Counted from the first letter of the stretch, positions 27,978 through 38,331 are shown. The stretch is DNA of 64,000 bases from Candidatus Bathyarchaeia archaeon (GCA_049513715.1 JBEKVV010000003.1:448001-512000), one strand, 5' to 3'. Made by a program: numbers and translations. The notes: generated from the letters alone by a model not told the origin.

Positions 27978-28360
27978 CCCAAGCATCAGGCGAAGAGAAA
28001 CTGGACCGGGCAATCAGCTACATTCTAATTGTGGGCGTGATTGCGAGCGTTCTGACTGAAACAGCTGGAATCATCAGCTATTACTTCACACAGGGAAACC
28101 TCAGCATCACCTTTCAACCTGGCGATTCCTTGAAAGGAGTTGACTTTTTTAATTATAGAGGTCAAACGATTCAGAGCCTTCTCTTGGGGGGATGGACTCC
28201 CCTTCACATTATGGGATTAGGTATCGTACTGCTTATGATTACCCCGTACCTGAGAGTCGTCGCCTCAGTTTTCTACTTCAGTGTAGCCAAGAACCTGAAG
28301 TACCTAGCCATTACGGTCTTTGTCCTCGTTGTTTTGACAGCCAGCCTCATCATTCATTGA
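27974..28360 (+). CDS. DUF1634 family membrane protein
   Basis: GIVLLMITPYLRV motif; GTGA overlap with the TauE stop. Confidence 0.8.
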   Translation: MTQASGEEKLDRAISYILIVGVIASVLTETAGIISYYFTQGNLSITFQPGDSLKGVDFFNYRGQTIQSLLLGGWTPLHIMGLGIVLLMITPYLRVVASVFYFSVAKNLKYLAITVFVLVVLTASLIIH

Positions 28361-28456
28361 TCTAACACCAAAGCTCCAATTCATGAATAGAGCGTCCTCA
28401 CCAAACTAATTAGTGACCGTCCGGGTGATTCCGTCCCCCAAACCTGCTGATGTGCT

Positions 28457-29452
28457 ATGAACCCGGTTGAAGTCAGAGCACTTTCAAAGACCTTCGTTAC
28501 CAAAGAGGGCCCCCTGTTTCGGAAAAGCCCGAAGACGCTTGTCGCAGTGGACGACATAAGTTTCAATGTTCCAAAAGGGGAAATATTCGGCCTCCTCGGG
28601 CCGAACGGTGCAGGTAAGACAACCACAATCAAAATGCTTTGCACATTGATCACCCCGACCTCTGGAGACGCTCTGGTCGGTGGGTTCAGCGTTGCAAAGG
28701 ACCAGCAAAAAGTACGCGAGAATCTTGGCGTAATGTTAACTGGGGAACGCACTCTTTACTGGAAATTGACTGGCCGAGAGAACCTTGAATATTTCGCAGC
28801 TCTATACCACCTTGACCCATCCTTCGCCAAGAAACGAATCGAGGAACTCCTAGCCCTAATGGGTTTGAAGGACCGCGAGAACACCCTCGTTGAGAATTAT
28901 TCCACCGGCATGCGGATACGGCTCTCCTTCACGAAAGCATTGCTCAACGACGCGCCAGTGTTGTTGTTTGATGAACCAACCGCAAGCCTCGATCCCCAAT
29001 CATCGCGGTTGATTCGGGACACAATTCACAGTCTAAAGCAGGAAGGACATGCGATTCTTCTCACGACTCATAACATGGAAGAGGCTGACCTTCTGAGCGA
29101 CAGGGTCGCCATAATTGACCATGGAAAAATCGTTGCCTTGGATTCCCCCACACAGCTGAAGGAGAAAGTGAAGAGTAGCGACGTTATTGAAATCGAAGCC
29201 CGCAACATATCCGACCAGACCGCCAAAACACTAGAATCCTTCAGTGAAGTCTCCAAGGTAGCTATCTCATCAATTGACGGCTCCGACGATAAGGGTCTGC
29301 TGCGAGTACATGTTCAGAAGGGCAAGGAAGTTTTGCCTAAGATTTTGGAATTCTTGGTTCGCAAAGAAGTCACCATAACCAAAGTGGCATTCATCGAGCC
29401 CACTCTCGAAGACGTCTTCATTTCTCAAACTGGCAGGAGCCTAAGAGATTAG
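28457..29452 (+). CDS. ABC-2 exporter ATP-binding subunit
   Basis: GPNGAGKTT, YSTGM, FDEPT, EPTLEDVF. Confidence 0.93.
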   Translation: MNPVEVRALSKTFVTKEGPLFRKSPKTLVAVDDISFNVPKGEIFGLLGPNGAGKTTTIKMLCTLITPTSGDALVGGFSVAKDQQKVRENLGVMLTGERTLYWKLTGRENLEYFAALYHLDPSFAKKRIEELLALMGLKDRENTLVENYSTGMRIRLSFTKALLNDAPVLLFDEPTASLDPQSSRLIRDTIHSLKQEGHAILLTTHNMEEADLLSDRVAIIDHGKIVALDSPTQLKEKVKSSDVIEIEARNISDQTAKTLESFSEVSKVAISSIDGSDDKGLLRVHVQKGKEVLPKILEFLVRKEVTITKVAFIEPTLEDVFISQTGRSLRD

Positions 29453-29453
29453 A

Positions 29454-30293
29454 ATGAATACTATTTCCGGCCCTCGAGCGGTAGCGGGCGCATTAGCCGC
29501 GATTTTCTGGAAAGGAATCAAACATTACACCCGGTACCCAGGCAACTTCCTACTGTACCTCGTGATACCATTCCTGTTCACATCCCTCATCTTTGGGATG
29601 GGGCAGTTCGTGGGAGGCGGAAATGCCGCGTTGAATTTTGCCGCTCGTACTGGGACACAAAATGTTTTGGTCTATGAGGTTCTGGGGAGTGCTGTCTGGA
29701 TGGTAAGTTGGGTTGTAGTGGAGGATGTTGGCGTGGCGCTGCGTGATGAGCAAATGAAAGGGACGCTTGAGCAAAACTTTCTAGCGCCCGTAAGCCGTGT
29801 CACACTTCTAATTGGCCTCAGCCTGACGGATATTGTGATTACAGCGGGGATCTTCTTCATTGTTGTTGGAGTTACGGTTGCAGTTACACTCCCCGCGGCC
29901 TTCGCCAGCTTACTCGAAGCCTATCTGGCCCTGTTGGTGGGCCTGATCCCACTGTTCGGGATCGGGTTTCTCTTCGCGGGGTTCGTTGTTAGGTTCAAAG
30001 AGCCTTACGTCTTCACCCAAATCGTCAACCTTCTCTTCGCAACGCTGACCGGGACATACTATCCCGTAACACTCCTTCCTTACTGGGTTCAATTACTCTC
30101 CAGGACATTACCACAGACTTACGTCATTGATGACATGCGCAAGATTGTTCTCGCAAATCAAACCCTTGTCAGCCTATACGGAAGCGTCTTCATTTTACTT
30201 GCATTGGCTGTAGCTTACCCAACTCTCGGCTACGCCATTTTCAAGCACATTGAGAAACGTGCGGGTGTTACAGGTGAATTCTCAAAGTACTAG
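29454..30293 (+). CDS. ABC-2 permease
   Basis: E..GTLE motif and YYPVTLLP; multiple TMs. Confidence 0.88.
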   Translation: MNTISGPRAVAGALAAIFWKGIKHYTRYPGNFLLYLVIPFLFTSLIFGMGQFVGGGNAALNFAARTGTQNVLVYEVLGSAVWMVSWVVVEDVGVALRDEQMKGTLEQNFLAPVSRVTLLIGLSLTDIVITAGIFFIVVGVTVAVTLPAAFASLLEAYLALLVGLIPLFGIGFLFAGFVVRFKEPYVFTQIVNLLFATLTGTYYPVTLLPYWVQLLSRTLPQTYVIDDMRKIVLANQTLVSLYGSVFILLALAVAYPTLGYAIFKHIEKRAGVTGEFSKY

Positions 30294-31110
30294 CTCAACA
30301 CTCAAAGGCCTTAGGGAATTCAAGGCCGCCTTCCTGAAGGATCTGCGTTCCTACTTGCGCTACCCAGCATGGATGATAGGCGAATTCATCAGCACACCAA
30401 TGTGGTTTTTCTTCTTCGCCCTCGGCGTAACACTCTTCACCCCAACAACGCCCACCACCAAAGCGACTTCGGGAGGCGGTTTCAGCTTCTTTTTCCTAGG
30501 TTTCATTTTCATAACTCTCTTCGGCACTGCTGTTTGGGGCATAGGGCAGAGTGTGAGAACCGAGCAGACTGCCGGAACATTAGAGCAGTTCTTCTTGGCA
30601 CCGGCTAATAGGGTAACGCTCATAATTGGTAGATGGGCGCGGGTTTTCCTAACCAGCACGCTCATCATAGGTTACACTACCGTTGTACTCTACCTTCTCG
30701 GCGGGGGCGCGATTCAACTATTGAACCCACTGCTCTTCTTCTTCTCCCTCGGCCTTTACGAGGTGGGCCTAATCGGATTCGGAATTCTTATGGCCGGCTT
30801 AACAATGCGACTGAAATCCTACAATACAATTTCGAACTTGATATTCTTCGGCTACATCATAGTAACAGGAGCACTATTTCCAATCACGCTTATTCCGACA
30901 CCCTTCCGGTACATCTCTTTGGCTATTCCCTTCACCTACTTCATCGACCTTATGCGACACGCAGCACTGGACTCCCCTACGATCCTACCAGAGATCACTG
31001 AATACATCGTTGCCTTCCTGCTCTCAATTTCAATGCTCATAGTGGGATTTGTGGCGTTCAACAAGATTGAGGAAGAAGCACGCGTTCGCGGCAGCATCGC
31101 AACGAGTTAA
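30274..31110 (+). CDS. ABC-2 permease (second paralogue)
   Basis: EQTAGTLEQ and LFPITLIP; GTG start at 30274 likely. Confidence 0.88.
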   Translation: MNSQSTSSTLKGLREFKAAFLKDLRSYLRYPAWMIGEFISTPMWFFFFALGVTLFTPTTPTTKATSGGGFSFFFLGFIFITLFGTAVWGIGQSVRTEQTAGTLEQFFLAPANRVTLIIGRWARVFLTSTLIIGYTTVVLYLLGGGAIQLLNPLLFFFSLGLYEVGLIGFGILMAGLTMRLKSYNTISNLIFFGYIIVTGALFPITLIPTPFRYISLAIPFTYFIDLMRHAALDSPTILPEITEYIVAFLLSISMLIVGFVAFNKIEEEARVRGSIATS

Positions 31111-31142
31111 GCAGCACTCAGATCGTTTCTGGTGTTAGTAGT

Positions 31143-32117
31143 TTGGAATTCAAAGAACTGGGAAAATCCGGAATCAAAGTTTCCGCAATAGGTTTGGGAA
31201 CTTGGCAGTGGGGAAGCCGAGAATGGGGATGGAGTCGGTCGTACGGCAAGAAGGACGTCCTTGACGCCTTCCAGAAAGCGCTAGGAGTTGGCATCAACTT
31301 CATTGACACCGCTGAAATCTACGGCGGTGGTAAATCAGAGGAGCTAATCGGCGAAGCAATTCGCGACCACCGTGACGAAGTTGTGATTGCTTCGAAAGTC
31401 TGGCCTTTGAACTTCAGTTATGGCCGCCTGTTAAGAGCGGTTGACCACTCGTTGCGCCGGTTGGGTGTTGACGTCATCGACCTTTGCCAACTGCACTGGC
31501 CGAACCCAATCGTCCCGATTGCGACCACAATGAGAGCGATGAAGAAACTCCTCCAACATGGAAAAATCCGTTGTTTGGGCGTAAGCAACTTTGGCCTGAA
31601 GAAGATGAAAGCCGCTCAAGAAGCGTCCGCCCCACTAGAACTCGCGTCGAATCAAGTGAAGTACAACCTACTCGAAAGAAGCGTGGAGACGGAGCTTCTC
31701 CCGTATGCAGAAAGCGAGAGAATTTCAATCATAGCCTACAGCCCTCTTGGAAAAGGCCTGCTTACTGGTAAATACAATGCAGGTAGTTACCCAAGCAGCT
31801 TCGTTCAAAGAACGAATGCTAAATTCTCAACGCGCAACCTGACCCGGCTTGAGGGAGTAAACCACGTGCTGTCTGAATTGGGAACCGCTCACGGGAAAAC
31901 GCCATCGCAAGTTGCCCTGAACTGGCTAATTGACAAAGAGCAAGTAATCGCCATTCCTGGCGTGAAACGAGCAGAAAATGTATTGGATGATGCTGGGGCA
32001 GTGGGGTGGCGACTGTCTGTCGATGAAGTTCTGAAACTGGAAGGGGCTGCGGCAAGCGTGAGTTTTGACAAACTGAGCGGCCTCCCGAATCTGTTGAGGG
32101 CGTTGGTTCCTCATTGA
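31143..32117 (+). CDS. Aldo/keto reductase
   Basis: GLGTW, DTAEIYG, LHWP, GVSNF, AYSPLGKG, IPG. Confidence 0.92.
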   Translation: MEFKELGKSGIKVSAIGLGTWQWGSREWGWSRSYGKKDVLDAFQKALGVGINFIDTAEIYGGGKSEELIGEAIRDHRDEVVIASKVWPLNFSYGRLLRAVDHSLRRLGVDVIDLCQLHWPNPIVPIATTMRAMKKLLQHGKIRCLGVSNFGLKKMKAAQEASAPLELASNQVKYNLLERSVETELLPYAESERISIIAYSPLGKGLLTGKYNAGSYPSSFVQRTNAKFSTRNLTRLEGVNHVLSELGTAHGKTPSQVALNWLIDKEQVIAIPGVKRAENVLDDAGAVGWRLSVDEVLKLEGAAASVSFDKLSGLPNLLRALVPH

Positions 32118-32209
32118 GGCGACTGGATGCTGTTTTCGGCAGTTTGCTTCATCTGGAAGCTTTAAGCGAAAGATATCGTATTTACGGTCTGCTTCAAGGG
32201 CGCATATGA

Positions 32210-33250
32210 TTGGTGGCTGAACTTCGTCTGGGTTATTGGGCGGCCCAGGAGCAGTACGACCCGCAAAGGCTGCTCCAGTACACGGTCCAAGCCGAAGTTG
32301 TGGGGTTCGACATTATCGTCACCAGCGACCATTTTCACCCGTGGGGTGACACGGGTGGCCAAGCTGGATTTCCTTGGGTATGGATGGCGTCGGCTGCAGA
32401 GAAAACTCGAAAAGTTGAAGTTGGGACCGCAGTCACGACCCCACTGTTCCGCTACCACCCCGCAATCGTTGCACAGGCTTTCGCAACCCTCGACAACCTT
32501 TACCCGGGTCGAATTTTCGTCACACTCGGAACCGGACATGCGATGAATGAGATACCTCTTGGGTTTAAGTGGCCTGGGTTTGAGGAGAAGATTGCCAGAC
32601 TCCAAGAATCAATTGAGATCATTCAGAAACTTTGGAAAGGCGACTTTGTGACCTACGAGGGCAAATACTACCAACTGAACAAAGCGAAACTCTACACGAA
32701 GCCGAAGATGAAGATCCCGGTGTACCTGGCCACTTCGAATGAGCGGGTTGCACGAATCGCAGGTCAGTTCTGCGACGGAATTCTGACGAACCCTCGAGGG
32801 CTTGAACGTTTCATGAAGATTGTCGGGGCCATGGAGATGGCTGCAATGAAAGTTGGGCGGGACCCATCAAAACTCAGTAAGAGTATGGAGTTCAAAGTAG
32901 CGTATGACATTGATTACAACCGGGCCTTGAAGTCGGCGATGTTCTGGGCAACAACAGCAATCCCCCGCGAAAAAAGAGAGAATGTCTGGGACCCGCGGGA
33001 ACTTGAAGCGCTCGTCGGGCCTGAGGAAGAGCGACAGATCAAAGAGTCGTGGTTAATCACCACGGACTCAGACGACATTATCAAGAGGCTTGGTGAGTTT
33101 TTGAAAATGGGCTTTGACCGCGTGTACATTCACAGCGCAAGCCCAATTGAGGAAAGATTCCTCAGCCTGCTGGGACGCGAGATTCTACCATGGATGCGCG
33201 AGTACTACGAGAACCTATTCAAGCCTGTGCGTACTGTGACTGTGGACTGA
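32210..33250 (+). CDS. F420-dependent LLM-class oxidoreductase (Fgd/G6PDH-like family)
   Basis: EQYDP, SDHFHPW, GTAVTTPLFRYHPAIVAQAFATL, PGR...GTG..MNE. Confidence 0.85.
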   Translation: MVAELRLGYWAAQEQYDPQRLLQYTVQAEVVGFDIIVTSDHFHPWGDTGGQAGFPWVWMASAAEKTRKVEVGTAVTTPLFRYHPAIVAQAFATLDNLYPGRIFVTLGTGHAMNEIPLGFKWPGFEEKIARLQESIEIIQKLWKGDFVTYEGKYYQLNKAKLYTKPKMKIPVYLATSNERVARIAGQFCDGILTNPRGLERFMKIVGAMEMAAMKVGRDPSKLSKSMEFKVAYDIDYNRALKSAMFWATTAIPREKRENVWDPRELEALVGPEEERQIKESWLITTDSDDIIKRLGEFLKMGFDRVYIHSASPIEERFLSLLGREILPWMREYYENLFKPVRTVTVD

Positions 33251-33312
33251 TGGAAACGTCGTCACAGGAGCGTTGACGTCAAGCAAGGCTGACAACGCGT
33301 TTCAGATTTTCC

Positions 33313-33831
33313 TCATTTGCTCCATCTGTCAACATGCGCAAGTACGTCCTCGTGTAACCTCGCGATTTCTTCTCGACGAGTTTTTGAGAGATCAACGAAT
33401 TTCAATTCAAGCCAGGCGTTATGGGAGGGTGCATCCTCGAGTTCGCCGAGAAACAGGAATTCTAAGTCCCAATGTTCTTCATCTCCATAGATTTCGGAGA
33501 TGATACGCGGTCCTTCCAAATTCTCATTTTCCAACCCTAGCTGTTCTTTCAGAATTCTTGTTGAAGCTTCTTGTGGGGATTCCCCGAAAATGAGACCTGA
33601 AGAGGGGAGCATCCATCCCCTACTATGCCTCTTGACTCTTTCCAAGTCAAGCGCGCCAATGTGATCCCATGGCGCATTCTTGTTTAGGTGACCCATCAAG
33701 ACCTTGTTCGGATAGCCCCTCTTCGAGATAATGAGGAACGCAGAGATACAGAATCCGCCTTCGGGGATTTCTTTGATTCTAGGTTCGGCAACATCTCTTT
33801 TGAAGTGGGCGAATCTTCTGCTCGTTGTCAT
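33313..33831 (-). CDS. NUDIX-fold protein with divergent box
   Basis: WMLPSSGLIFGESPQEASTRILKEQLG. Confidence 0.7.
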   Translation of the reverse strand: MTTSRRFAHFKRDVAEPRIKEIPEGGFCISAFLIISKRGYPNKVLMGHLNKNAPWDHIGALDLERVKRHSRGWMLPSSGLIFGESPQEASTRILKEQLGLENENLEGPRIISEIYGDEEHWDLEFLFLGELEDAPSHNAWLELKFVDLSKTRREEIARLHEDVLAHVDRWSK

Positions 33832-33898
33832 GGTTCATTTGAGAGAGCGCTAAGCAATCTAAGTCCTACGTCGACCGTACAAATCGGCGCATCCAAAA

Positions 33899-35056
33899 TC
33901 AGGAGGTGACGGAGTGGTGCCATCTGAGAATATACTCCGGTAGTCTGAGGCCGCGCTCGGCGACTTTTTCGACCAAGTAAATTGGGAGCGGGCTTAGAGC
34001 AAACGCGGTTTTGATGTAGAAACTATTCGGCCTTCCTTGGACCCCGTCGCCTTTGATTGTGAATGAGAGGTCCGAGGCTGCGGCTATTGTGCTGTCCGGG
34101 TTGCCTATAATGGAAGCAACCTTCGCTCCCATGCGTTTGAAATTCTTACACCAACCGGCCACGATCTCAGTCTCGCCGCTGTTCGAAATGACAACAAGAA
34201 CGTCGCCTGCACGTGGTGCAGGAGTGTTCGATTCTCCGGCCACGTAAATTTGGTCACCTATCGCACGTTTCACATGCCCCACACGGACCGCGGTCATGCG
34301 GGCAACTTCCCTTCCGCTACCTAACCCAACGAAGAAGCAGGAATGCCTTTGCTCCAACGAATCCACCAAGGATTTGAAGAAATCCGAAGTGACCATCTCA
34401 TCAACAAGGGATCCAATCTCACCGAACAACTCTTTTGATCGTGCTAATACCCGGTCTGCCTGCGCTTCCTCATAAAGCGCCTCGCCGATAGCTTGGAAGA
34501 GCACTCCGGTACCCAGAATGAAGAGGTCTTCGAGAATGCCCGTGGTTCTGAACTCCTTCGATTCGGTCGGCACCTCTTCAGACTCTCGCCCTTTCAAAAC
34601 GAGCACGTTACCGTAGCGTGCTCCGAGCTTCCCGATTGGGGAATCACGCTCAGAGGTGACAGCGTCGATGTGGAAATCTCGCGGATTGCCATGTTGAGCT
34701 ATGTACATGGCCAATTGTTGGGCGTCGAGTAATGGCATTAGGGATTTGCCACTGCCCGAGTTGATCAGCAGACAAACTTGGCCGAACCGTTGTTTCAGAA
34801 TCGGGGCGGCCTCTAGAATATTCCTTCCGGGAAAGCCAATGTCGCCACGGTCGAGTACAAGTTTTCCTTGGCGCATCTTCGCTAATTCGCTGCATGCAAT
34901 GCTTAACGCTCCTTTTGAGCGTCCTTCTCCTGAGGGGAGAATTACACCCGCGCCCATGATGTCGTGGTAGAGCGCTTCAATTTCGTTTCGATTAGCTTTG
35001 TCTAGGTTTTCGAAGATGCGATTTACGAACGTCATGCTGCTGATTTCGGTTGGCAT
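33899..35056 (-). CDS. Tandem SIS-domain protein (PHI / sugar-phosphate isomerase-like)
   Basis: First half GEGRS...INSGSG; second half GLGSG...ISNSGET...IIGNPDSTIA. Confidence 0.75.
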   Translation of the reverse strand: MPTEISSMTFVNRIFENLDKANRNEIEALYHDIMGAGVILPSGEGRSKGALSIACSELAKMRQGKLVLDRGDIGFPGRNILEAAPILKQRFGQVCLLINSGSGKSLMPLLDAQQLAMYIAQHGNPRDFHIDAVTSERDSPIGKLGARYGNVLVLKGRESEEVPTESKEFRTTGILEDLFILGTGVLFQAIGEALYEEAQADRVLARSKELFGEIGSLVDEMVTSDFFKSLVDSLEQRHSCFFVGLGSGREVARMTAVRVGHVKRAIGDQIYVAGESNTPAPRAGDVLVVISNSGETEIVAGWCKNFKRMGAKVASIIGNPDSTIAAASDLSFTIKGDGVQGRPNSFYIKTAFALSPLPIYLVEKVAERGLRLPEYILRWHHSVTS

Positions 35057-35300
35057 TTTCTTTTCACAGTTCTCGCTGAGGCGCCATTTTAGTCTTGAAG
35101 GAGAACGAGAATAAGTGGTTTCGCCTCCATGGGCTTCGTATGCAGTGGGTCCCTGTGGTCTGGTTGGCCTATGGTTTTGATGATGACGCTTCCTGCAACG
35201 TCACGCATTATTCTCGGTCAAGCTTCTTTCCAGCTGCGGTAATTATGGCACCTTCTTAAGTAGCATCATTTCGGATACGCCTTTCGAGGTTCGTCTGACC

Positions 35301-35855
35301 TTGAAAAAACAGGTAACGGTTTCGCAGCAGACAACCTCGACTACAACTACGTGGATACCGGAGCTAGAATCCATCCTGGATTCTTCTTTATCACATGGAA
35401 AAAAAGTGGTTTTCGTGGGGATGGGACACCCACTTCGAAGAGATGATTATGCCGGCAGCTACATTGCGAAGAAACTGAAATCAATCACAAACGGCACATC
35501 GCGAAACGGCTTCTACGTTTTCGACGGCGAAGACAATGTTGAGGCCTTGATTACAGGGATAGGCGACCTTGCTCCTGATCATGTTGTTTTTGTTGACGCT
35601 TGTGAGATGAAAGCAGAACCGGGCGAGACGCAACTAGTCTCAATAGAGCGGACAAGTTACCCGTTCTTCACAACACATGGAATACCGCTCAAACTCATTG
35701 CGGAGCAACTATTGCCGAAGAGCCAAGTGTGGCTCCTGGCGATTCAACCGAAGGACACTTACTTCGGTGAGCAATTGACGCCGGAAATTCGGCGCGTCTC
35801 CAACTCAATAGTGAACTCAATTCTGAGAATACTGAAGGAGGGCGCTAACAATTGA
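35301..35855 (+). CDS. hycI: Hydrogenase maturation endopeptidase (HycI-like)
   Basis: GMGHPLRRDDYAG, VFVDA, TTHGIPL, IQP. Confidence 0.85.
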   Translation: MKKQVTVSQQTTSTTTTWIPELESILDSSLSHGKKVVFVGMGHPLRRDDYAGSYIAKKLKSITNGTSRNGFYVFDGEDNVEALITGIGDLAPDHVVFVDACEMKAEPGETQLVSIERTSYPFFTTHGIPLKLIAEQLLPKSQVWLLAIQPKDTYFGEQLTPEIRRVSNSIVNSILRILKEGANN

Positions 35856-36199
35856 TAGTGAGCGTAGACCTTTTGGTTGTAATCTGGTCGGTTATCCTAT
35901 TCGTACTGGCATTCTATTTCGCCGTAGGTAAGCTCGGCAAGGTAAGTACTGGAACCGGAACCAAGTTTGACGCATTCTCGGGAGGAGAGGAACTGCCCCC
36001 TGAGCGTGGCAAGTATCATTCGGAGTTGTTTGTTTATGCGGCGCTGTTTGTTGCGTTCGAGGTGGTTGGGCTGTTGATTGCTAGCTCAATTGCCGCACGA
36101 GGGTTGTTGTGGCCGCTCCTGTTCACTCTAGCGGGTGGTTTCTCGTTGTTTGTTCTGATGGTTTGGTTTGTGGGAACTGGAGGCGCAGAGCTTGCTTGA
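35852..36199 (+). CDS. NuoA-like membrane subunit
   Basis: Three TMs; FSGGE loop; YAALFVAFEV. Confidence 0.8.
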   Translation: MIVSVDLLVVIWSVILFVLAFYFAVGKLGKVSTGTGTKFDAFSGGEELPPERGKYHSELFVYAALFVAFEVVGLLIASSIAARGLLWPLLFTLAGGFSLFVLMVWFVGTGGAELA

Positions 36200-36614
36200 A
36201 AAATTAGCCGTTTGGGCAAGGAAACGTTCACCGTGGGTGTTCCACATCAACGCGTCATCTTGCAACGGCTGCGACATCGAACTCGTCGCTGCCCTAACAC
36301 CAACGTACGACATTGAAAGATTCGGCGCTGTACTCGTACCCAGCCCGAGGCATGCCGATGTTCTCATTGTGACTGGGGTTGTCAACGCACAGACGAAGGA
36401 CAGGTTGAGACGTGTCTACGAACAGATGCCTGAGCCGAAGCACGTCATCGCACTTGGTGCTTGTGCAGCGGCAGGCGGAGTCTTCAAAGGCTGTTATAAT
36501 GCTGGACAAGGGATCCAAGACGTGATCCCAGTTGACATGTTTGTTCCAGGCTGCCCACCCAGGCCTGAAGCCATAATGTATGGGGTTCTGAAGCTGCTGG
36601 GGGAGGTAAAGTAA
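36192..36614 (+). CDS. Group 4 [NiFe]-hydrogenase small subunit (NuoB-like)
   Basis: SCNGCDIE, SPRHAD, GACA, PGCPPRPE; TTG start at 36192. Confidence 0.92.
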   Translation: MLEKLAVWARKRSPWVFHINASSCNGCDIELVAALTPTYDIERFGAVLVPSPRHADVLIVTGVVNAQTKDRLRRVYEQMPEPKHVIALGACAAAGGVFKGCYNAGQGIQDVIPVDMFVPGCPPRPEAIMYGVLKLLGEVK

Positions 36615-37097
36615 TTGAGCGAAGTATTCCTTCAGCAAGTCGAAAGATACGCCAACGAAGCGAAAGCAAAGGTCACCCAACTTCGAAAAGGTGAAACGCT
36701 GGTCGAGGTTGATCAGAAGAAGCTGAAGAGCTTCCTTTCGCATATCGTCAACGGCATGAGCATACGCCACCTCGTGACGATGACCGGACTCGACTTGGGA
36801 CAGAATATTGGCGTCATTTACCATTTCTCTCACGAAACAGACAACCTGCACATACGGACTCTCATCCCAAAAACCAACACAACTACTGATTCTATTGTGG
36901 GCATTATTCCGGGCGCGATTCTCTATGAGATGGAGATTCATGACATGTTAGGTGTGAAGTTTGAAGGCAACCCATGGATGGACAGGAAACTACTACTTCC
37001 CGAGACTTGGCCAGACGACTTACCCCCACCTCTGCTGAAGACTTCGAAACCTGAAGAAATTCGAAAGCGACTGCACTTGGAGGTTGTCAAAGAATGA
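36615..37097 (+). CDS. NuoC-like subunit
   Basis: YEMEIHDMLGVKFEGNP...LLLPETWP...PPLLK. Confidence 0.88.
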   Translation: MSEVFLQQVERYANEAKAKVTQLRKGETLVEVDQKKLKSFLSHIVNGMSIRHLVTMTGLDLGQNIGVIYHFSHETDNLHIRTLIPKTNTTTDSIVGIIPGAILYEMEIHDMLGVKFEGNPWMDRKLLLPETWPDDLPPPLLKTSKPEEIRKRLHLEVVKE

Positions 37098-38329
37098 TCG
37101 AGGATAAACCGGTTCGAAAAGAAGAATCGGCAGGTTTGATGAAGTACTCGACTGAAACCCTTGTTCCCTTCGGGCCTATTCATCCAGCCTTGAAGGAACC
37201 TGAGTACTTCAAGCTGATACTTGAGGGCGAGAGAATCATCGAGGTCATCCCCAGAATAGGCTACGTTCACAGAGGCCTGGAGAAAGCGGCGGAATCAAGA
37301 CCGTGGGTTCAGAACATGTACATGTTCGAGCGAACCTGCGGAATATGCAGCTTCGTTCACAGCATAACCTATGCACAAGCCGTCGAAGGATTGACGATTT
37401 ACGAGGTACCGCGCCGAGCCAAGTTCATCCGCACAATCGTCGCAGAACTGGAGAGAATTCACAGCCACCTCCTCTGGGTCGGATTGATGGGACACTGGGC
37501 AGGGTTCGAAACCTTGTTCATGTGGGTTTGGCGTGACCGCGAAGTCGTCCTCGACTTAGTTGAGGCAATTTCCGGTAACCGGGTTCACAAATCGATGAAC
37601 GCCATATGCGGGGTCAGGCTCGACATGCCTGAGGGCATGGAAGACAGAATCGTCGAAAGAATGAAGTTCCTAGTCGAACGCGCGAATTACTACAAGGAGA
37701 TTGTTGACACAGAAGAGACGATGCTCGAGCGAACCGAAAACATCGGCAAAATCGATGCGGACCTTGCAGAGCGTTTATGCGCTGTCGGACCCATGGCACG
37801 ATACGTGGGGCTCAGGCAAGATGTTCGATTAAACGATCCATACGCCGCATATGATGAAGTGCCCTTCGACATGGTGACATGCAAGGACGGCGATGTGCAT
37901 GCGTTGCTGAAACTGCGCCTCGATGAAATGATAGTATCCGCGAACATGGTCAGCTACGCGGTAAAGCATCTTCCAGAGGGCCCGATAAGAGTCAAGATTG
38001 CACCAATAATCCCAGCAGGAGAACATTCGTCGCGCAGCGAAGCTCCTCGGGGCGAGATCTTCTACTACGTGAAATCGTCAGGCGGACGAACACCAGACCG
38101 AGTGAAATCCCGCCAGCCGACAATGGCGAACCTACCAACGGCCCTCGAACTGCTGAAGGGACAGACGATCGCAGACGTCCCAGTCGTGCTAACGGCGATC
38201 GACCCCTGCTTCGGTTGCATGGACCGCATGTCCTTCATGGATACTGAGACGAACCGACAATGGACATGGTCTGGGGAAGAACTCAGGCAATATGGAATCA
38301 ACCACTACTTCCCTGAAAGAGCGAAGTAA
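37094..38329 (+). CDS. Group 4 [NiFe]-hydrogenase large subunit (NuoD-like)
   Basis: GPIHP and GYVHRG; L1 ERTCGICS and L2 DPCFGCMDR metal-binding motifs; C-terminal extension. Confidence 0.93.
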   Translation: MIEDKPVRKEESAGLMKYSTETLVPFGPIHPALKEPEYFKLILEGERIIEVIPRIGYVHRGLEKAAESRPWVQNMYMFERTCGICSFVHSITYAQAVEGLTIYEVPRRAKFIRTIVAELERIHSHLLWVGLMGHWAGFETLFMWVWRDREVVLDLVEAISGNRVHKSMNAICGVRLDMPEGMEDRIVERMKFLVERANYYKEIVDTEETMLERTENIGKIDADLAERLCAVGPMARYVGLRQDVRLNDPYAAYDEVPFDMVTCKDGDVHALLKLRLDEMIVSANMVSYAVKHLPEGPIRVKIAPIIPAGEHSSRSEAPRGEIFYYVKSSGGRTPDRVKSRQPTMANLPTALELLKGQTIADVPVVLTAIDPCFGCMDRMSFMDTETNRQWTWSGEELRQYGINHYFPERAK

Positions 38330-38331
38330 CA

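Noticed and set aside
35180..35297. C-box-like ATGATGA suggesting a C/D sRNA
   Set aside because: The nearest CTGA is about 110 nt away, too far for a typical archaeal C/D guide.
36294..36941. 215-aa antisense ORF in the hydrogenase operon
   Set aside because: Overlaps the well-supported NuoB/NuoC-like genes on the opposite strand.
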